DNA from: Candidatus Firestoneibacteriota bacterium
Lineage (GTDB): Bacteria; Oederibacteriota; D2-FULL-39-29
DNA length: 64,000 nt
Assembly: GCA_903928075.1 (NCBI GenBank)
Contig: CAIYPD010000052.1
Coordinates: forward strand, 11,876 to 75,875
Direction of reading: 5' to 3'
Shown: positions 45,894 through 56,438 of the stretch, one piece after another
Numbering within the stretch: the first letter of the stretch is position 1
How the letters are laid out: each line of letters opens with the position of its first letter
Translations under genes and position numbers: made by a program
The notes under the pieces: model-generated
The model's input: the letters and a program-made list of their open reading frames with translations, nothing else
Database searches by the model: none
Told to the model about the DNA's origin: nothing

Positions 45894-48497
45894 TTAATTA
45901 TCCCCGTATTTTTTCAGAAATCTTCTATGCAAAACAAACACCAGTCCCATATAGGAAATTACCATTGCGGCAAGTATCAAGAAGAAACTCAAAGGCGGAG
46001 TTACAAAACCCAATTTTGATGCCCAGGGAGAGAGAATTAGGAATACTCCCGTACCCACCACCGAAAGGGTCGTAAACACAAGAAATTTACTCGGCCGGCT
46101 GTCAACAAAAGGAATCTTTCCCGTCCTTATAACATAGACAATAAAAGTCTGTGTCGCCAGGGATTCAATGAACCAGCCTGTATGAAAAAGATTTTGATTT
46201 TCTGCGGTCTTGCAGTTAAAGACGAACCACATAACACCGAATGTCATAAAATCAAATATGGAGGAGATGGGCCCGATATTTATCATAAACTTCTGAATAG
46301 CTTTTACATCCCATCTTCTTGGTTTTACCAGATACTCTTCATCAACAGTGTCAGTCGCTATCGCGGTCTGCGAAAGATCATAAAGAAAATTATTTAAGAT
46401 CACCTGTATAGGCGACATGGGTAAAAAAGGAAGAAAGAGGCTGGCGCCCGTCATAGAGAACATATTTCCGAAATTAGAACTTGATCCCATTTTTATATAT
46501 TTAATAATATTCCCGAAAGTACGCCGGCCTTCTATAACCCCGTCTTCCAGAACTAAGAGGTTCTTTTTTAATAGAATAATATCCGCGGATTCTTTTGCGA
46601 TATCCGCAGCATTGTTTACGGAAATTCCGACATCGGCAGCTTTTAACGCCAGCGCGTCATTAATACCGTCCCCCAGAAAGCCTACTATTTTACCGTTGGC
46701 GTGTAAGGCTCTTATTATTCTTTCTTTTTGCGCCGGGGAAAGCCGGGCAAAAACATTGGTAACCTTTACCACTTCCTGTAATTCCTTTTCGGTCAGGCTT
46801 TCAATCTGGTCTCCGGTGGCCATACCAAAAATATTCAGGCCGACTTCCAGACAGATTTTTCTGGTTACAAGTTCATTGTCCCCGGTCAGCACCTTATGTT
46901 CAATCCCGAGTTTTCTTATGGCCAATATGGCTTCTCTGGTAGATTCTTTTGGCGGATCCAGAAATGCCACATAGCCCTTTAGAATCAGACCGTTCTCGTC
47001 ATCTTTTGAAAATACTTTATTGTTGTATTCAATGTCTTTATAAGCAATCGCAATAACCCGGAATCCGTCTTTTGACAGATGGTCGTATTCTTCCTTCAGG
47101 TCTGCCGTAATAAGCGGTTCAAAATCCAGAATCTCTCCTTCCAGTTCATATTTTGCACAACGCTTAAAGATTTCTTCCGGCGCGCCTTTTGAAATGATGG
47201 TGTATTTATTTTGCCCTTCCACCACCACCGACATGATCTTTCTTTGAAAATCAAAAGGAATCTCATCAACTTTTTTGTACTGCTTTTCTATTAATTCTTT
47301 CAGGTTTGCGGCCTTGTTTAAAATTGCTTTGTCCAGGAGGTTTTTGAGGCCGGTCTGGAATCGGCTGTTAATGAAGGCGTATTTCAGAACTTCTTCGTTT
47401 TCTTCTTTTACTACATTACAATACTTTTCCAGAATGATTTTGTCCATAGTAAGCGTGCCGGTTTTATCCGTACAGAGCACATCCATCGCGCCGAAATTCT
47501 GGATGGAATTCAAACGCTTGACAATGACCTGTTTTTTAGACATTGCCAACGCGCCTTTTGAAAGATTTATAGTGACTATCAGAGGCAGCATTTCAGGCGC
47601 CAGCCCCACGGCCACCGCAATAGAAAAGAGGAAAGCTTCAAGTACATCACCCTTAAAAAAAGCATTTATAGTAAAAATACAGATTACCAGCAGGATCATA
47701 ATGCGGATCATAATTATTACAAACTTGTTAACGCCTTTTTCAAAACTGGTTTCGACCATTATTGAAGCAAGCCGGGAGGCGAGTGCGCCAAATTGCGTGA
47801 ACTGACCTGTTTTAACAACAACGCCTATAGAGGTACCGCTCACCACGGAAGAACCCATAAACACGATATTCTCCATATCCGTCTGGCTTCTGCTTTTTGC
47901 GGTCGGGGTGGGGGTTTTTTCAATAGGCATCGATTCGCCGGTAAGCGTCGCCTGATTTACAAAAAGGTCTTTGGCGGATATTATTCTTAAGTCAGCGGGC
48001 ACCATATCACCGGCGAAAAGATCAATTATATCTCCCGGCACTATTTCTTTTATGGGTATTTCTTTTGCTTTCCCGTCACGGAAAACCGTAACATTAGTAC
48101 GGACTAATTCAGATAGTTTTTCAGCGGCTTTATTTGACCGGTACTCCTGGAAATAAGTAAGCCCGACACTTAAAAAAATCATAACAAAAACAATTTCCGC
48201 GCTTATCTTCTCTCCGAAAAAATATGAAAATAGTCCTATAACCAGCAGGACAAGTACCAGAGGGTTGAAAAACTTCGAAAGTATATCCAGAACCATCGCG
48301 CGCTTTTTTTTCTTCGAAGGCTCGTTGTATCCGTAAACCTCAAGGCGGGCCCTGGCCTCTTTGCCTGTAAGGCCTTTTTCGGAAGTTTTAAGTTTTTCAA
48401 AGAGCTCGGAAAAAGGACAGGCAATATAATCAAAATCCAATACTTGTGACTTCAATTTAGCTTGTATGGAAAGTGCTTTTTTATTTTTCATTTGCAT
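45894..48497 (-). CDS. mgtA: Magnesium-translocating P-type ATPase
   Basis: TGES, PEMLP, DKTGT, GDGIND and SSNFGNMFS motifs. Confidence 0.95.
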   Translation of the reverse strand: MQMKNKKALSIQAKLKSQVLDFDYIACPFSELFEKLKTSEKGLTGKEARARLEVYGYNEPSKKKKRAMVLDILSKFFNPLVLVLLVIGLFSYFFGEKISAEIVFVMIFLSVGLTYFQEYRSNKAAEKLSELVRTNVTVFRDGKAKEIPIKEIVPGDIIDLFAGDMVPADLRIISAKDLFVNQATLTGESMPIEKTPTPTAKSRSQTDMENIVFMGSSVVSGTSIGVVVKTGQFTQFGALASRLASIMVETSFEKGVNKFVIIMIRIMILLVICIFTINAFFKGDVLEAFLFSIAVAVGLAPEMLPLIVTINLSKGALAMSKKQVIVKRLNSIQNFGAMDVLCTDKTGTLTMDKIILEKYCNVVKEENEEVLKYAFINSRFQTGLKNLLDKAILNKAANLKELIEKQYKKVDEIPFDFQRKIMSVVVEGQNKYTIISKGAPEEIFKRCAKYELEGEILDFEPLITADLKEEYDHLSKDGFRVIAIAYKDIEYNNKVFSKDDENGLILKGYVAFLDPPKESTREAILAIRKLGIEHKVLTGDNELVTRKICLEVGLNIFGMATGDQIESLTEKELQEVVKVTNVFARLSPAQKERIIRALHANGKIVGFLGDGINDALALKAADVGISVNNAADIAKESADIILLKKNLLVLEDGVIEGRRTFGNIIKYIKMGSSSNFGNMFSMTGASLFLPFLPMSPIQVILNNFLYDLSQTAIATDTVDEEYLVKPRRWDVKAIQKFMINIGPISSIFDFMTFGVMWFVFNCKTAENQNLFHTGWFIESLATQTFIVYVIRTGKIPFVDSRPSKFLVFTTLSVVGTGVFLILSPWASKLGFVTPPLSFFLILAAMVISYMGLVFVLHRRFLKKYGDN

Positions 48498-48578
48498 GAA
48501 TCAGCGTTTCCTGTTTTTTGGATTTATTATTAAAATTTCTTCTGTTGAGTTATTTTATATCAAAGGGATAGATATATT

Positions 48579-49460
48579 TTATTCCCGGAAAAAAGGCTGT
48601 GTCCAGGAAATCTTGCCGGCGCTGCCCAGGCATTCGACACGGATGTATTGAAACCTTGGATCCTTTCTGCTAAAAGTTAATTTTGCAGACCTGGCATAAA
48701 CTTTTTTTATTGTAGTTCCGTAAAAGCCTATGAACCTTATGAGACCGGCATTCCTTGTTTTTACTGAAATTGTATCTTCAGTGCGCTTTATTTCCGTAAT
48801 ATAGACGCCGTTAAAGGAGTAGAAATTGCCTTCTTCTATTGAGCGAAGAATACCTTTTGCTGTCTTTTGTTTCACATTCACTACAATAGCGGTTTCTGAA
48901 AGGTCGCACTCAAAGTGAAAATCCTGCGAAGCAAAACCTAAGCAACGGTGACCTGAAGAAAGAAGCCTGTCCCATTTTGCAGTGGAAAGGGGAGAACCTG
49001 CAAGATGCTCAATAACCGCATTAAAAATCTCAATGCCCGTAAAATTTCTATATTTTTTGAGTTCATCTATTGTGTAATGCTCCCGTTCCTGCCAGTCCGG
49101 ATGATTGAGAGTTACAACTGCGCCTCTTTTTATGTTTTTATCTATCAGAACTTGATGGGAAAGGGACTTTTTATAAACAATATTTTCTTTGGACGTGTTT
49201 ATGATACATTTATGTTTTTTTCCTTTTATATCTACTTCTATTCCCGGGAGAATAATGAGATCCTTGTGTAGAGTGGCTTGGTCAAAAATAAGCCAGTGGT
49301 CGGATATGGCAAGAAAGTCAAAACCTTTTTTGGCAAACAGTTCAAACACCCTGTTTATCTCTACTCTGCCGCAGGGACTCTTATTGGTATGAGTGTGAAG
49401 ATTCCCTTTTAGCCAAAAACTGCCCTTATTTTTATAAGGATTAGTCCAATTAACTTTCAT
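48579..49460 (-). CDS. PHP-like metallohydrolase (CehA/McbA-like)
   Basis: WLKGNLHTHT, ISDH, LNHP, DFH and terminal YIRVEC...SWTQP. Confidence 0.8.
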   Translation of the reverse strand: MKVNWTNPYKNKGSFWLKGNLHTHTNKSPCGRVEINRVFELFAKKGFDFLAISDHWLIFDQATLHKDLIILPGIEVDIKGKKHKCIINTSKENIVYKKSLSHQVLIDKNIKRGAVVTLNHPDWQEREHYTIDELKKYRNFTGIEIFNAVIEHLAGSPLSTAKWDRLLSSGHRCLGFASQDFHFECDLSETAIVVNVKQKTAKGILRSIEEGNFYSFNGVYITEIKRTEDTISVKTRNAGLIRFIGFYGTTIKKVYARSAKLTFSRKDPRFQYIRVECLGSAGKISWTQPFFRE

Positions 49461-49525
49461 ATTTTGCCAGCCTTGCGGAGCAGAAAATATATTCTCTTTT
49501 CCTTACGGATCACAAAAAATAATAT

Positions 49526-52213
49526 CTAGTCTTCATTAATCCCGCAGCATTTTTTGTACTTCTTCCCGCTGCCGCAGGGACAAGGATCATTTCTCCCGAC
49601 TTTTGGTGCTTCGCGTTTTATAGGCGTGGTTCGGGGTGTCTGGTTCATCTCGGGTCTTTCGCCAAGACGGCCGCCCATAGGGTCCATCGGGCCTTGTTGA
49701 GCCTGCATTTCCCGCTGTTTCTTCCGGGCTGCGTCTTCCGCTGCGCCAAACTGGTTAACTTCACGGTGCGAATAATTTATCCTTGCTGCGGTCGGCCTTG
49801 CTGTTTTTACCGCGCTTTCAAGTTCTTTCTTTTCTTCCTCTTCACTTTTTCTTAGCTGGACTTTAAAGACCATCCGCAGAGTATCTTCCTTTATGCGCTC
49901 TATCATCTCAGAAAACATCAAAAAGCCCTCTTTTTTGTACTCCAAAAGAGGGTCTTTGCCGCCGTAGGCGCGCAGTCCGATGCCGTCCCGAAGCTGATCC
50001 ATCGCATAGAGATGGTCCTTCCATTTGCCGTCTATCGTCTGCAGCATGATCATGCGTTCAACAAATTTGAAAAGCTTGCCATAGTGCTCCGCTTTTTTAT
50101 TGTAAAAATCAGCCACTTTTTCTGAAAGTTCAGCCCTTAAAGCCTCTCTCCTCATTAATTGCAGAGCTTCTTTTTCTATTTTTATTTCCACGCCGAAAAT
50201 ATCCAGCATTCTTAGATTCAGATTTTCAAGATCCCACTCATAAGAGGACAACGCTTCGGCGGCATAGGTATCCATGATCCAGTCCAAAATGTCATTTATC
50301 CAGAGCTCAATATTATCTTTAAGATCCTCACCTTCAAGAATCTTTCTTCTTTGCCCGTAGACTACTTCGCGTTGTTTGTTCATTACATCATCATACTCGA
50401 GAAGATGTTTTCTCGCTTCGAAATTAAAACCCTCGACTTTCTTTTGCGCCCCTTCTATGGCTTTCGAAATCCAGGGATGCACAATAGGCTGGTCTTCTTC
50501 CATTCCCATCCTGTCCATAAGGTTAAATATTTTTTCCCCGCCGAAGATCCGCATAAGATCGTCTTCAAGCGAAATATAGAACTTGGTAGAACCTTTATCG
50601 CCCTGCCGGCCGCAACGCCCGCGGAGCTGATTATCGATACGCCTCGCTTCGTGCCTTTCGGTGCCGATAACATGCAGGCCTCCGAGAGTGGCCACGCCTT
50701 CCCCGAGTACAATGTCGGTTCCCCGCCCGGCCATATTGGTAGCAACGGTCACCCCTGCATACGCTCCGGCCGCCGCTATTATATCTGCTTCTTTTTCATG
50801 GAATTTTGCGTTCAGCAACTGGTGTTTTATGCCCCGTTTACTCAGCTGGTTGGAAAGCTCTTCATTTTTTTCAATGGAGATGGTACCCACGAGAACCGGC
50901 CGGCCAAGTTTATTTAGTTCGGCTATCTCGTTAACGACCGCTTTTATTTTTTCCTTCCTGGTTTTGTATATTTCATCAGGGAAGTCCTCTCTGACCATAG
51001 GTTTATTTGTGGGAATAACCAGAACATCAATATTGTAGGTATGTGCAAACTCTTCGGCCTCGGTATCGGCGGTTCCCGTCATACCGGCCAGTTTGCTGTA
51101 CATTTTAAAATAGTTTTGAAGAGTTATTGTGGCCAGGGTCTGATTCTCCCGTTTTATCTTAACGCCTTCTTTGGCTTCCACAGCCTGGTGCAAACCGTCA
51201 CTCCAGCGCCTCCCCGGCATCAAACGGCCGGTAAATTCATCTACAATCAGAACTTCATCGCCTTTTACAATATAATGATCTTCGCGTTTAAAAAGCACAT
51301 GTGCTTTAAGGGCGTTATTCACATAATGCGCCCAGTCCATATTGACCCCTTCGTACATATTCTCAACGCCTAAAAGTTTCTCGGCTTTGGAAACACCGGG
51401 TTCGGTAAGCACTACCGTGCGGCTCTTTTCATCCACCTTATAGTCAGTTTCTTTTATAAATTCCGGGACAATCTTGTTGGCCCGGTAATACTTGTCCGTA
51501 GATTCTTCGGCCGGACCGGAGATAATAAGGGGGGTTCTGGCTTCATCGATAAGAATGCTGTCCACTTCGTCAACGATGGCAAAATTTTTCGGGCGCTGCT
51601 GGACCAGATCTTCAAGCGCCGTAGCCATATTATCCCTGAGATAATCAAAACCAAATTCGTTATTCGTCCCGTAAGTTATATCGGCATCATAAGCGGCTCT
51701 TCGGTCCTCATTAGAGGAATCATTTTTAATACAGCCAAAAGTCAGGCCTAAAAAAGAATAGATATTTCCCATACCTTTAAAATTGCCTTTGCCAAAACTG
51801 TCTCTTTCCGCCAGATAGTCGTTTACGGTAACAACATGAACGCCTTTTCCTGAAAGCGCGTTCAAGTAGATCGGAAGCGAAGCCACCAGAGTTTTACCTT
51901 CACCGGTCTTCATTTCCGCAATTTTTCCTTCATGCAGAACAATACCGCCGATAAGCTGGGTGTCGTAGTGTCTCTGGCCTATCGTCCTTATTGCTGTTTC
52001 CCGGACCACGGCAAATGCTTCTGGAAGAAGCGCATCGAGGGTTTCGCCTTTGCTGATACGGTCCCTGAACTCGACCGTCTTCATCTTCAATTGCGCATCC
52101 CAGAGTTTCTTAACCGCAGCCTCTTCGGCATTTATTTTTTCCACTATCAGGGTGAGCCGCTTTATCTCTCTCTCGTTTTTGGTTCCGAATATTTTTTTTA
52201 ACATTTTCAACAT
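49526..52213 (-). CDS. secA: Preprotein translocase ATPase SecA
   Basis: [37 protein letters not shown] and the C-terminal SEC-C motif [13 protein letters not shown]. Confidence 0.99.
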   Translation of the reverse strand: MLKMLKKIFGTKNEREIKRLTLIVEKINAEEAAVKKLWDAQLKMKTVEFRDRISKGETLDALLPEAFAVVRETAIRTIGQRHYDTQLIGGIVLHEGKIAEMKTGEGKTLVASLPIYLNALSGKGVHVVTVNDYLAERDSFGKGNFKGMGNIYSFLGLTFGCIKNDSSNEDRRAAYDADITYGTNNEFGFDYLRDNMATALEDLVQQRPKNFAIVDEVDSILIDEARTPLIISGPAEESTDKYYRANKIVPEFIKETDYKVDEKSRTVVLTEPGVSKAEKLLGVENMYEGVNMDWAHYVNNALKAHVLFKREDHYIVKGDEVLIVDEFTGRLMPGRRWSDGLHQAVEAKEGVKIKRENQTLATITLQNYFKMYSKLAGMTGTADTEAEEFAHTYNIDVLVIPTNKPMVREDFPDEIYKTRKEKIKAVVNEIAELNKLGRPVLVGTISIEKNEELSNQLSKRGIKHQLLNAKFHEKEADIIAAAGAYAGVTVATNMAGRGTDIVLGEGVATLGGLHVIGTERHEARRIDNQLRGRCGRQGDKGSTKFYISLEDDLMRIFGGEKIFNLMDRMGMEEDQPIVHPWISKAIEGAQKKVEGFNFEARKHLLEYDDVMNKQREVVYGQRRKILEGEDLKDNIELWINDILDWIMDTYAAEALSSYEWDLENLNLRMLDIFGVEIKIEKEALQLMRREALRAELSEKVADFYNKKAEHYGKLFKFVERMIMLQTIDGKWKDHLYAMDQLRDGIGLRAYGGKDPLLEYKKEGFLMFSEMIERIKEDTLRMVFKVQLRKSEEEEKKELESAVKTARPTAARINYSHREVNQFGAAEDAARKKQREMQAQQGPMDPMGGRLGERPEMNQTPRTTPIKREAPKVGRNDPCPCGSGKKYKKCCGINED

Positions 52214-52226
52214 ATAAAACTCCTAT

Positions 52227-53183
52227 TTAAAATATAAACCTGAGATGTGCCAGATAGGTCATATTGCCGTAGGCGTTTACCAGTGTGACAGGGAAGGACG
52301 CTCCCGCGCCAAACGAAACTCTATCCCCCAGATATATCTTTGCACCGGCTATTATTTTCACTCTTACGCTTCTTTGAACGGTAAAGTCCGGTGAACCCTG
52401 CGCGATTAGATCCGCAAGCGCGTTTGCCCCGCTATTCATATACTCCGCTCTATTCTCATAGTAAACTTCGCCGTTTAACTCGCCGATAAGCGATAAAAAT
52501 TTTGCGAGCGAAAATTCCGCCCCCACATCATATTTAAGAAGAGTGCCGGGCATAAACTTGACCACCGTCTCTCCGGGACTAATCGAAGAAATATCCCGGC
52601 CGTTGAACCTATTCGCATTAAAACCAAATCTGTACCAAAAGGAGAGTTCGGTATAAAGCAGAAAACCGCTGTTGCTTTCCTGCATGCTCGTGATAGCGCC
52701 GACATCCCAGGTACCGGTACCGGTAGCCAGCGTTCCCGGGTCAAGCCGGAAGATACTTTTTCCTGTAGGAACTTTCAAACCGAGGCCGAGAACCAGAGCT
52801 CCCTGTTGTTTTTTATTCTCATTTGTTTTTGAGCGGCCGGCAATTATCATATCGCCTACACCTTCTGCAGCGAGCGTGGAACCATTTGCGGCGGTATATA
52901 ATAGTTTGTGATATGGCAGAATTATCTCGATATCGCTGTCCCTGCCTGTCCCATATTTCAAATCTATAAGAAAAGAAGTGTCAAGACGCGTGACACCTGC
53001 CGCAAAACTGCTGTAAATCCCATTGTCATCGGCAGACCCGGTGTACTGATTGTAAAACATGTTAACCGTTAGATCGTTTTTTCCCTGGGGAGCAATCGCA
53101 CCGCCGGTCGTGAGAAACGGTGAAGCCAGGGTAACGCCTGCCGCCAGAGCAAGAAATAAAAATACTTTTAACCTTATCCGCAT
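52227..53183 (-). CDS. Outer-membrane beta-barrel, MetA-pathway/SphA (transporter) family-like
   Basis: Signal peptide; GVGD, LKVPTG, TGTGTWD and a terminal Phe. Confidence 0.65.
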   Translation of the reverse strand: MRIRLKVFLFLALAAGVTLASPFLTTGGAIAPQGKNDLTVNMFYNQYTGSADDNGIYSSFAAGVTRLDTSFLIDLKYGTGRDSDIEIILPYHKLLYTAANGSTLAAEGVGDMIIAGRSKTNENKKQQGALVLGLGLKVPTGKSIFRLDPGTLATGTGTWDVGAITSMQESNSGFLLYTELSFWYRFGFNANRFNGRDISSISPGETVVKFMPGTLLKYDVGAEFSLAKFLSLIGELNGEVYYENRAEYMNSGANALADLIAQGSPDFTVQRSVRVKIIAGAKIYLGDRVSFGAGASFPVTLVNAYGNMTYLAHLRFIF

Positions 53184-53252
53184 ACCTGCTCCTTTTTAAA
53201 TTTGAAAATATCTTTCCCTACCGGATTCCATAATAAAACTGTTTGCCCTGAA

Positions 53253-54122
53253 CTAAATGGATTTCAGCATCCGGGTAATATTATGCATGCAATAATCGCT
53301 TGACTCTTTTGCGCCAAAAGACCAGCCGGCGCCGCCGGGTTTTTCTATCGCCATTTTCTTAATCTCGGCTTTATTTATGCGCCAGTGGGTTTCGAGAGAG
53401 CAATAACCGTTATAACCGTCTTCTTTGAGCGCCTTAAACTGTCCCCAGTAGTTGACCTCGCCTTCCCCCATGGGGACACACTCTGCCTTTCCTTCATAAC
53501 CTATATAGAGAGAGTCCTTAAGATGCACATGGCAGATATGATCCTTAACCAGGCGGTAGCCGTTGGGAAAGGGTGCAATACCGTCGATATCGTGAACTTC
53601 ATTTCCCGGATCCCAGATGGCCTTAACCACCGGTGAATTTGCCTTATCAAGAAATACTTTTAGAGTCCGGGCGCAGCCGACAAAAGTCGCCGGTTCATTC
53701 TCTATAGCAAGGGTCATTTTTGCTTTTTTCATAAGCCTTACCGGTTCCGGAAAATACTGCAGAGCATGGTCGAGATTCTCTTCCGCTATAGCGGTTCTCC
53801 AGAAGGTAAAGCCTCTTATAATTTTGCAGCCGTTCTCTCCGGCCAGGTCTATGCAGTTTTTAAGGATATCCAGGTGCTGTTGATACTCTTTTTTATTGTC
53901 AATATTGCATTTAAAGAAAGGGCTCGCAATAGAACAGACATTAAGCCCGTTATCCTTAAGGACACTTTTTATCTGCTTTCTCTCTTCCTTTGAGAAGTTA
54001 TGCGGCCCCTTATTCAGGAGTGTTCTTATTTCCACCGCGCCTATTTTCCATTTTTTACAGAAAGCCGCCAGTTCTTTAGGATACTGGGATACCTCATCCG
54101 AGAATATTGCAAGTTTAAACAT
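53253..54122 (-). CDS. Sugar phosphate isomerase/epimerase (xylose-isomerase-like TIM barrel)
   Basis: AIENE, WDPGN, HVHLKD and SLETH. Confidence 0.88.
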   Translation of the reverse strand: MFKLAIFSDEVSQYPKELAAFCKKWKIGAVEIRTLLNKGPHNFSKEERKQIKSVLKDNGLNVCSIASPFFKCNIDNKKEYQQHLDILKNCIDLAGENGCKIIRGFTFWRTAIAEENLDHALQYFPEPVRLMKKAKMTLAIENEPATFVGCARTLKVFLDKANSPVVKAIWDPGNEVHDIDGIAPFPNGYRLVKDHICHVHLKDSLYIGYEGKAECVPMGEGEVNYWGQFKALKEDGYNGYCSLETHWRINKAEIKKMAIEKPGGAGWSFGAKESSDYCMHNITRMLKSI

Positions 54123-54159
54123 TAACTCCTCCTGGTAAAAATTATTTGCGGCCGTTACT

Positions 54160-54978
54160 TCAAACCGTTCTAGCCATTCTTTGAACCTGTTTGCAATGAT
54201 AACAGGTTTTTATATGTTCCTCGTCGGTGGTCAGGAGCGCATACGGACTCTGTTTTAGTTTCTCCGTCACCACCCGGACCAGCCCTTTTGCATCTATAAG
54301 AAAAGAAAGTTCTTTGTTTAACGACAGTTCCTTGAAAAATCCTGCCTCTTTGAGCCAGGGAATTGCATTAACAAAACCGGCCGAGCAGCCGGGAACAGTT
54401 TTGTAGCTGTAGGGTTTAATCTTGCCGTCTTCTTCATCAATATATTCTGCCTCATATCCCCAGGTCGGGTCATAGTGCTCTTTCAGATAAGGCACCTCGG
54501 CCAGCCACTCGGCAACATGCATAATAGTGGCAGATTGTATAGAGCAGCCCATCAACAAAATAGTGCTTTCCATCTGACTGAATTTTTCAAGCGGCGAACC
54601 GGCACCTTCAGCGTCAACTTTTTCGTGGCCTTTAACCAGTTCCCTGGCCCCGGTTCCCCAGGCGGCAACACTATGGGACGGGTGTAAAGACCTGGCCACT
54701 CTGGGCATTTTTCTGAACGACTCGGTTATGGCTCCGGTTGTGGAAGGCGACCTTCCCGGATTATACGGACCTTTTGCTTTAGGGTGATTCTTGAAATTCA
54801 TGCTATGCGCAGGCATTACGAGCAGCCCTTCGTCTCCGACAGCCTCCATAAATGACTGGCAAACCTCTTCCGGCGCGCCCTCAAAGTCAATGGACTTATA
54901 GGAACTGTGAAGCAATAATTTAGTGCCTCTAATTATCCCGTTATTGTGTAAAGCACTTACCAAATCTGACTTTTTCAT
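54160..54978 (-). CDS. AAC(3)/YokD family N-acetyltransferase
   Basis: LLHSSY, GLLVMPA, TGAITE, RSLHPSHSVAAWG and T..HVAE. Confidence 0.85.
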   Translation of the reverse strand: MKKSDLVSALHNNGIIRGTKLLLHSSYKSIDFEGAPEEVCQSFMEAVGDEGLLVMPAHSMNFKNHPKAKGPYNPGRSPSTTGAITESFRKMPRVARSLHPSHSVAAWGTGARELVKGHEKVDAEGAGSPLEKFSQMESTILLMGCSIQSATIMHVAEWLAEVPYLKEHYDPTWGYEAEYIDEEDGKIKPYSYKTVPGCSAGFVNAIPWLKEAGFFKELSLNKELSFLIDAKGLVRVVTEKLKQSPYALLTTDEEHIKTCYHCKQVQRMARTV

Positions 54979-55141
54979 TAAACCTCCAATAAAAAACAGA
55001 CCAAAAAGAAGAATAGATTTATATTGTATAATATAGTAGGTTAGAAATCAATTAGATAATGAATACCATTAAGGGAATAGATAAAAGACAGAACAATCTG
55101 CCTGACTCAGAAAAACAGAGGCTCCTTCTACATATACTAAA

Positions 55142-55882
55142 TTATTTATTCGGAGGGATGCGTAACCAGCTAAAATCATATTTAGGCTTCCAGTTCAAAC
55201 GCTCGCAGGTATAACGCAAATCCCAGGGAATCATCGCCTCCGGCGTACTCATTACGGTAAATCTCTCAAAGGTAAGATCTTCCCTGTCGAGAAACAATCT
55301 GGCTACTTCGCCTATATCCCGGCGGTCGGTATCAAGAGGCGCGCGTTCTTCGATTTTACGGCCGTACTTATCTACATTTTTATCCCCATCCACAATGTAA
55401 CCTACCCGCAGGCAAGCGACCCTGATTTTGTGTTCCAGGGCAAAAGATTCGGCTATCATTTCCTGGCAAACCTTGCTTAGCCCGTAAAAGCCCCTGGACA
55501 TCGGCGGCAAATCATGAGGCAAATTCTCGCTTTTACAATAATCCATCACCGAAGTACTCGAAATGACAACAACTTTTTTTATTCCGTTTTTGACTGCAGC
55601 ATGGAAAAGATTGGCGGTCCCTTTGACATTTATATCAAACGGCAGGGTAGGAAAATCATACGAGTTATTAGTGCGCGGCGCCATATGAGCTATTACAATG
55701 GCTTCCATCCCGGCGGCGGCCTTCATCACGGTCTCAAGGTCGGCTACATCTCCGATTACAGTTTCATGACGGCTCGAAAAAGAAACTACATCCATAAGCC
55801 GGAGACTGTCGCCTCTTTCCTCAAATGGCACAACCAAACCCCTTCCAAGAAAACCTCCCGCTCCGGTTATCAGCACTTTCAT
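55142..55882 (-). CDS. NAD-dependent epimerase/dehydrogenase (extended SDR)
   Basis: TGAGGFLG, ISST and YGLSK. Confidence 0.9.
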   Translation of the reverse strand: MKVLITGAGGFLGRGLVVPFEERGDSLRLMDVVSFSSRHETVIGDVADLETVMKAAAGMEAIVIAHMAPRTNNSYDFPTLPFDINVKGTANLFHAAVKNGIKKVVVISSTSVMDYCKSENLPHDLPPMSRGFYGLSKVCQEMIAESFALEHKIRVACLRVGYIVDGDKNVDKYGRKIEERAPLDTDRRDIGEVARLFLDREDLTFERFTVMSTPEAMIPWDLRYTCERLNWKPKYDFSWLRIPPNK

Positions 55883-55910
55883 ATTTTTCTCCTATATACT
55901 CCGGCCCGGG

Positions 55911-56438
55911 TCATTTAAAACCGTACGGGCGTCCGTTCAGCAATAATTGTTTTATTACCGCGTTGCCGGCTTTACCTACGGCAACCTCCACGGTTATTTT
56001 ATCTTTATTTCCGCGTCTTATGATTTCCTCTATCTTTTTTCCTTTACCTTCGGGTACAAAGTAACTTTCAATGCCATACTCCACCCTGTTGTCAAAACGG
56101 CCGCCGCCCTTTATTATGCCCTGCATAAATATTCCTGTATCCGCCGGGAGTCGGGGATAGGCTTTTTTAACTTCCCAGTACCTGCCTCTTTTTTCAAGTT
56201 TTACAAATACTTCTTTGCCGGGAGAAACTGTTCCAAAGTCCTTATCAAAGTTTACACCATTAATTTGATAATTTAAAACTACATAATCACCTCGCAGCAG
56301 GTCTCGCGGATCCACTGGCCGTGTTTCAAGCTCTATCAAAGTCCCTTCATTCAGCACCTTTTCTTTGGAATAAATCATCATTAGTGCTATGGCTACGAAT
56401 AAAAAGGATGTGATAATAAGGACAATTCTATTTCTCAT
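55911..56438 (-). CDS. GDYXXLXY domain protein
   Basis: PVDPRDLLRGDYVVLNY and YGIESYFVPEG. Confidence 0.92.
   Translation of the reverse strand: MRNRIVLIITSFLFVAIALMMIYSKEKVLNEGTLIELETRPVDPRDLLRGDYVVLNYQINGVNFDKDFGTVSPGKEVFVKLEKRGRYWEVKKAYPRLPADTGIFMQGIIKGGGRFDNRVEYGIESYFVPEGKGKKIEEIIRRGNKDKITVEVAVGKAGNAVIKQLLLNGRPYGFK

Noticed and set aside
48498-48578. Mg2+ riboswitch or leader peptide upstream of mgtA
   Set aside because: Only about 80 bp of AT-rich spacer, with no M-box-like structure or Pro-rich leader seen.
54160-54978. Acquired aminoglycoside resistance gene
   Set aside because: The AAC(3)/YokD family includes many non-resistance members, and there is no mobile context.
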